Part shown: in pieces, positions 45,077 through 47,809 of the stretch
Layout: each line of letters starts with the position of its first letter
How positions within the stretch are numbered: the first letter of the stretch is position 1
Assembly: GCA_964490075.1 (NCBI GenBank)
Contig: CAZBBK010000043.1
Location: 1 to 47,809 of the forward strand
DNA from: an uncultured Gemmatimonadota bacterium
GTDB taxonomy: Bacteria; GCA-2686955
Reading direction: 5' to 3'
DNA length: 47,809 bases
Notes under the pieces: model-generated
What the model was told of the DNA's origin: nothing
The model's input: the letters and a program-made list of their open reading frames with translations, nothing else
Database searches by the model: none
Program-made: the position numbers and the translations under genes

Positions 45077-46468
45077 ATGAGAACGAGCGCAATGACGCGG
45101 CTCGCCGGCGCCGTGGCCCTGGGGCTGGTGCTGCTGGCCGCCGCCTGTGACGAGCGAGAAGCCGCGCCGGCCCCGACGACGGAGCAGGGGGCGACGGGCG
45201 CTCCGGCACTCGCCGACCCGCTGGACTGGTGTGCCGGGCACGGATTGCCGGAGTCGATGTGCACGCTGTGCAACCCGAGTCTGGTCGCGCGCTTTCAGCA
45301 GGCGGGCGACTGGTGCGCCGAGCACGGCTTGCCCGAGTCGGCCTGCCCGACCTGCAACCCGATGCAGCCGCCGCGGGGCGTCGCGGGGCCGGATCCCTTG
45401 GCGCCGGGCACCCAGGTGCGCTTCCGCTCGCCGGCGATCGAGGAGGCGGCCGGCATCGAGACCGCCGCGGTGACCAGAGACGAGATCGGGATCAGCATCG
45501 AGACCACCGCGCGCATCGACTTCGACCGCGACGCCCTCGCCGAGCTGCGCTCGGCGGTGCCGGGCATCGTGCGGGAGGTGGCGGTGGAGCTGGGGGATCG
45601 GGTTGCCCGGGGCGACACCCTCTTCAGGCTCGAGAGCGCGCGGATCGGGGGCTTGCAGGCGCGGCGGCGCGCCGCGACCGAGCGCGTCGATGCGGCACGG
45701 ACCGATCTGGCCCGGCAGCACGAGCTGCAAGAGGGGAAGATCTCGTCGCAGCGCCGGGTCGAGCTGGCCCGGCAGGAGCTGGAGGCGGCGCGGGCCGAGC
45801 TGCGTTCGATCGACCAGTCGCTGCGCATCAGCGGCGCCTCGGCGGAGGGGCGGAGCGGGTCCTTTACCGTCCGCGCACCGATCGCGGGCACCGTGGTCCG
45901 CCGTCCGGCCCTCGTCGGCTCGTTCGCCGATGAATCGGTCTCCCTCGCCACCATCGCCGACCGATCGCTGATGTGGGTGCTGCTCGACCTCCCCGAGTGG
46001 GACGCGGCCGGCGTTCGGGTGGGTCAGGAGGTCGAGGTGCGGGTCGATGGGGTCGCCGGGCGGAGCTTCACGGGGGAGATCACCTGGATCGCCTCGGAGG
46101 TCGACCCGCGGACTCGCAGCGTCGCGGCTCGCGCCGAGCTGAGGAACGTCGATGGGCTGCTGCGCGCGGGTCAGTTCGCTCGCGCGACTGTCCGGGTCGC
46201 GGCCCCCACGGCTGCCGTGACCGTCCCCCTCGAGGCCGTGCAGCGCGTCGGCGAGGAATCGCTGGTGTTCGCACGCATCGCCGAGGGTCGCTACGCGCCG
46301 CGGGTCGTCGCGCTGGGCCGCTCGGACGGCCGCCGGGTGCAGGTCTCCGGGCAGCTCGCCGACGGCGACGCCGTGGTCACCACCGGCGCCTTTCTGCTGC
46401 GCACCGAGCTCAGCCGCGGATCGATCGGCGCCGGCTGCTGCGAGGTCGACGCGCCGGGGGGAGGCTGA
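45077..46468 (+). CDS. Heavy-metal RND efflux periplasmic adaptor (CzcB/CusB family), lipoprotein
   Basis: LAAC lipobox, two DWC.{E/G}HGLPES.C..CNP repeats, VRAPIAGTV, VDPRTRS, LLRAGQF, VVTTGAFLL. Confidence 0.92.
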   Translation: MRTSAMTRLAGAVALGLVLLAAACDEREAAPAPTTEQGATGAPALADPLDWCAGHGLPESMCTLCNPSLVARFQQAGDWCAEHGLPESACPTCNPMQPPRGVAGPDPLAPGTQVRFRSPAIEEAAGIETAAVTRDEIGISIETTARIDFDRDALAELRSAVPGIVREVAVELGDRVARGDTLFRLESARIGGLQARRRAATERVDAARTDLARQHELQEGKISSQRRVELARQELEAARAELRSIDQSLRISGASAEGRSGSFTVRAPIAGTVVRRPALVGSFADESVSLATIADRSLMWVLLDLPEWDAAGVRVGQEVEVRVDGVAGRSFTGEITWIASEVDPRTRSVAARAELRNVDGLLRAGQFARATVRVAAPTAAVTVPLEAVQRVGEESLVFARIAEGRYAPRVVALGRSDGRRVQVSGQLADGDAVVTTGAFLLRTELSRGSIGAGCCEVDAPGGG

Positions 46469-46470
46469 CC

Positions 46471-47809
<1,339 letters not shown>

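Overview
High-GC (about 70%) diderm bacterial chromosome segment. LPS genes, an FlgD/T9SS-type C-terminal domain and a DUF4783-like gene suggest an FCB-related, probably uncultured lineage (inference). Housekeeping genes (secDF, pdxJ, a UvrD/PcrA helicase, rlmH, nadB, lpxB/lpxK, mpg, hflKC, aminopeptidase P) are interleaved with an MNT-HEPN toxin-antitoxin pair, an ArsS radical SAM/AhpD pair, a Czc-type metal efflux operon cut by the window end, two pseudogene fragments (AAA+/DUF4143 ATPase and mutY) and many secreted modular proteins. The most notable signals are: (1) a shared ~105-aa domain I cannot name, carried by at least three unrelated secreted proteins and usually C-terminal, a candidate lineage-specific sorting/anchoring module; (2) a ~180-bp fully foldable MITE-like element with a TCA duplication at the pdxJ stop codon, plus a 29-bp miniature with a TAA duplication; (3) a DnaA-box and IHF cluster with no dnaA in the window; (4) a sigma-54 promoter with tandem upstream palindromes; (5) a ferredoxin-membrane-HSP20-like fusion protein. 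No rRNA, tRNA or CRISPR array was seen. All calls were made by eye, without database searches.
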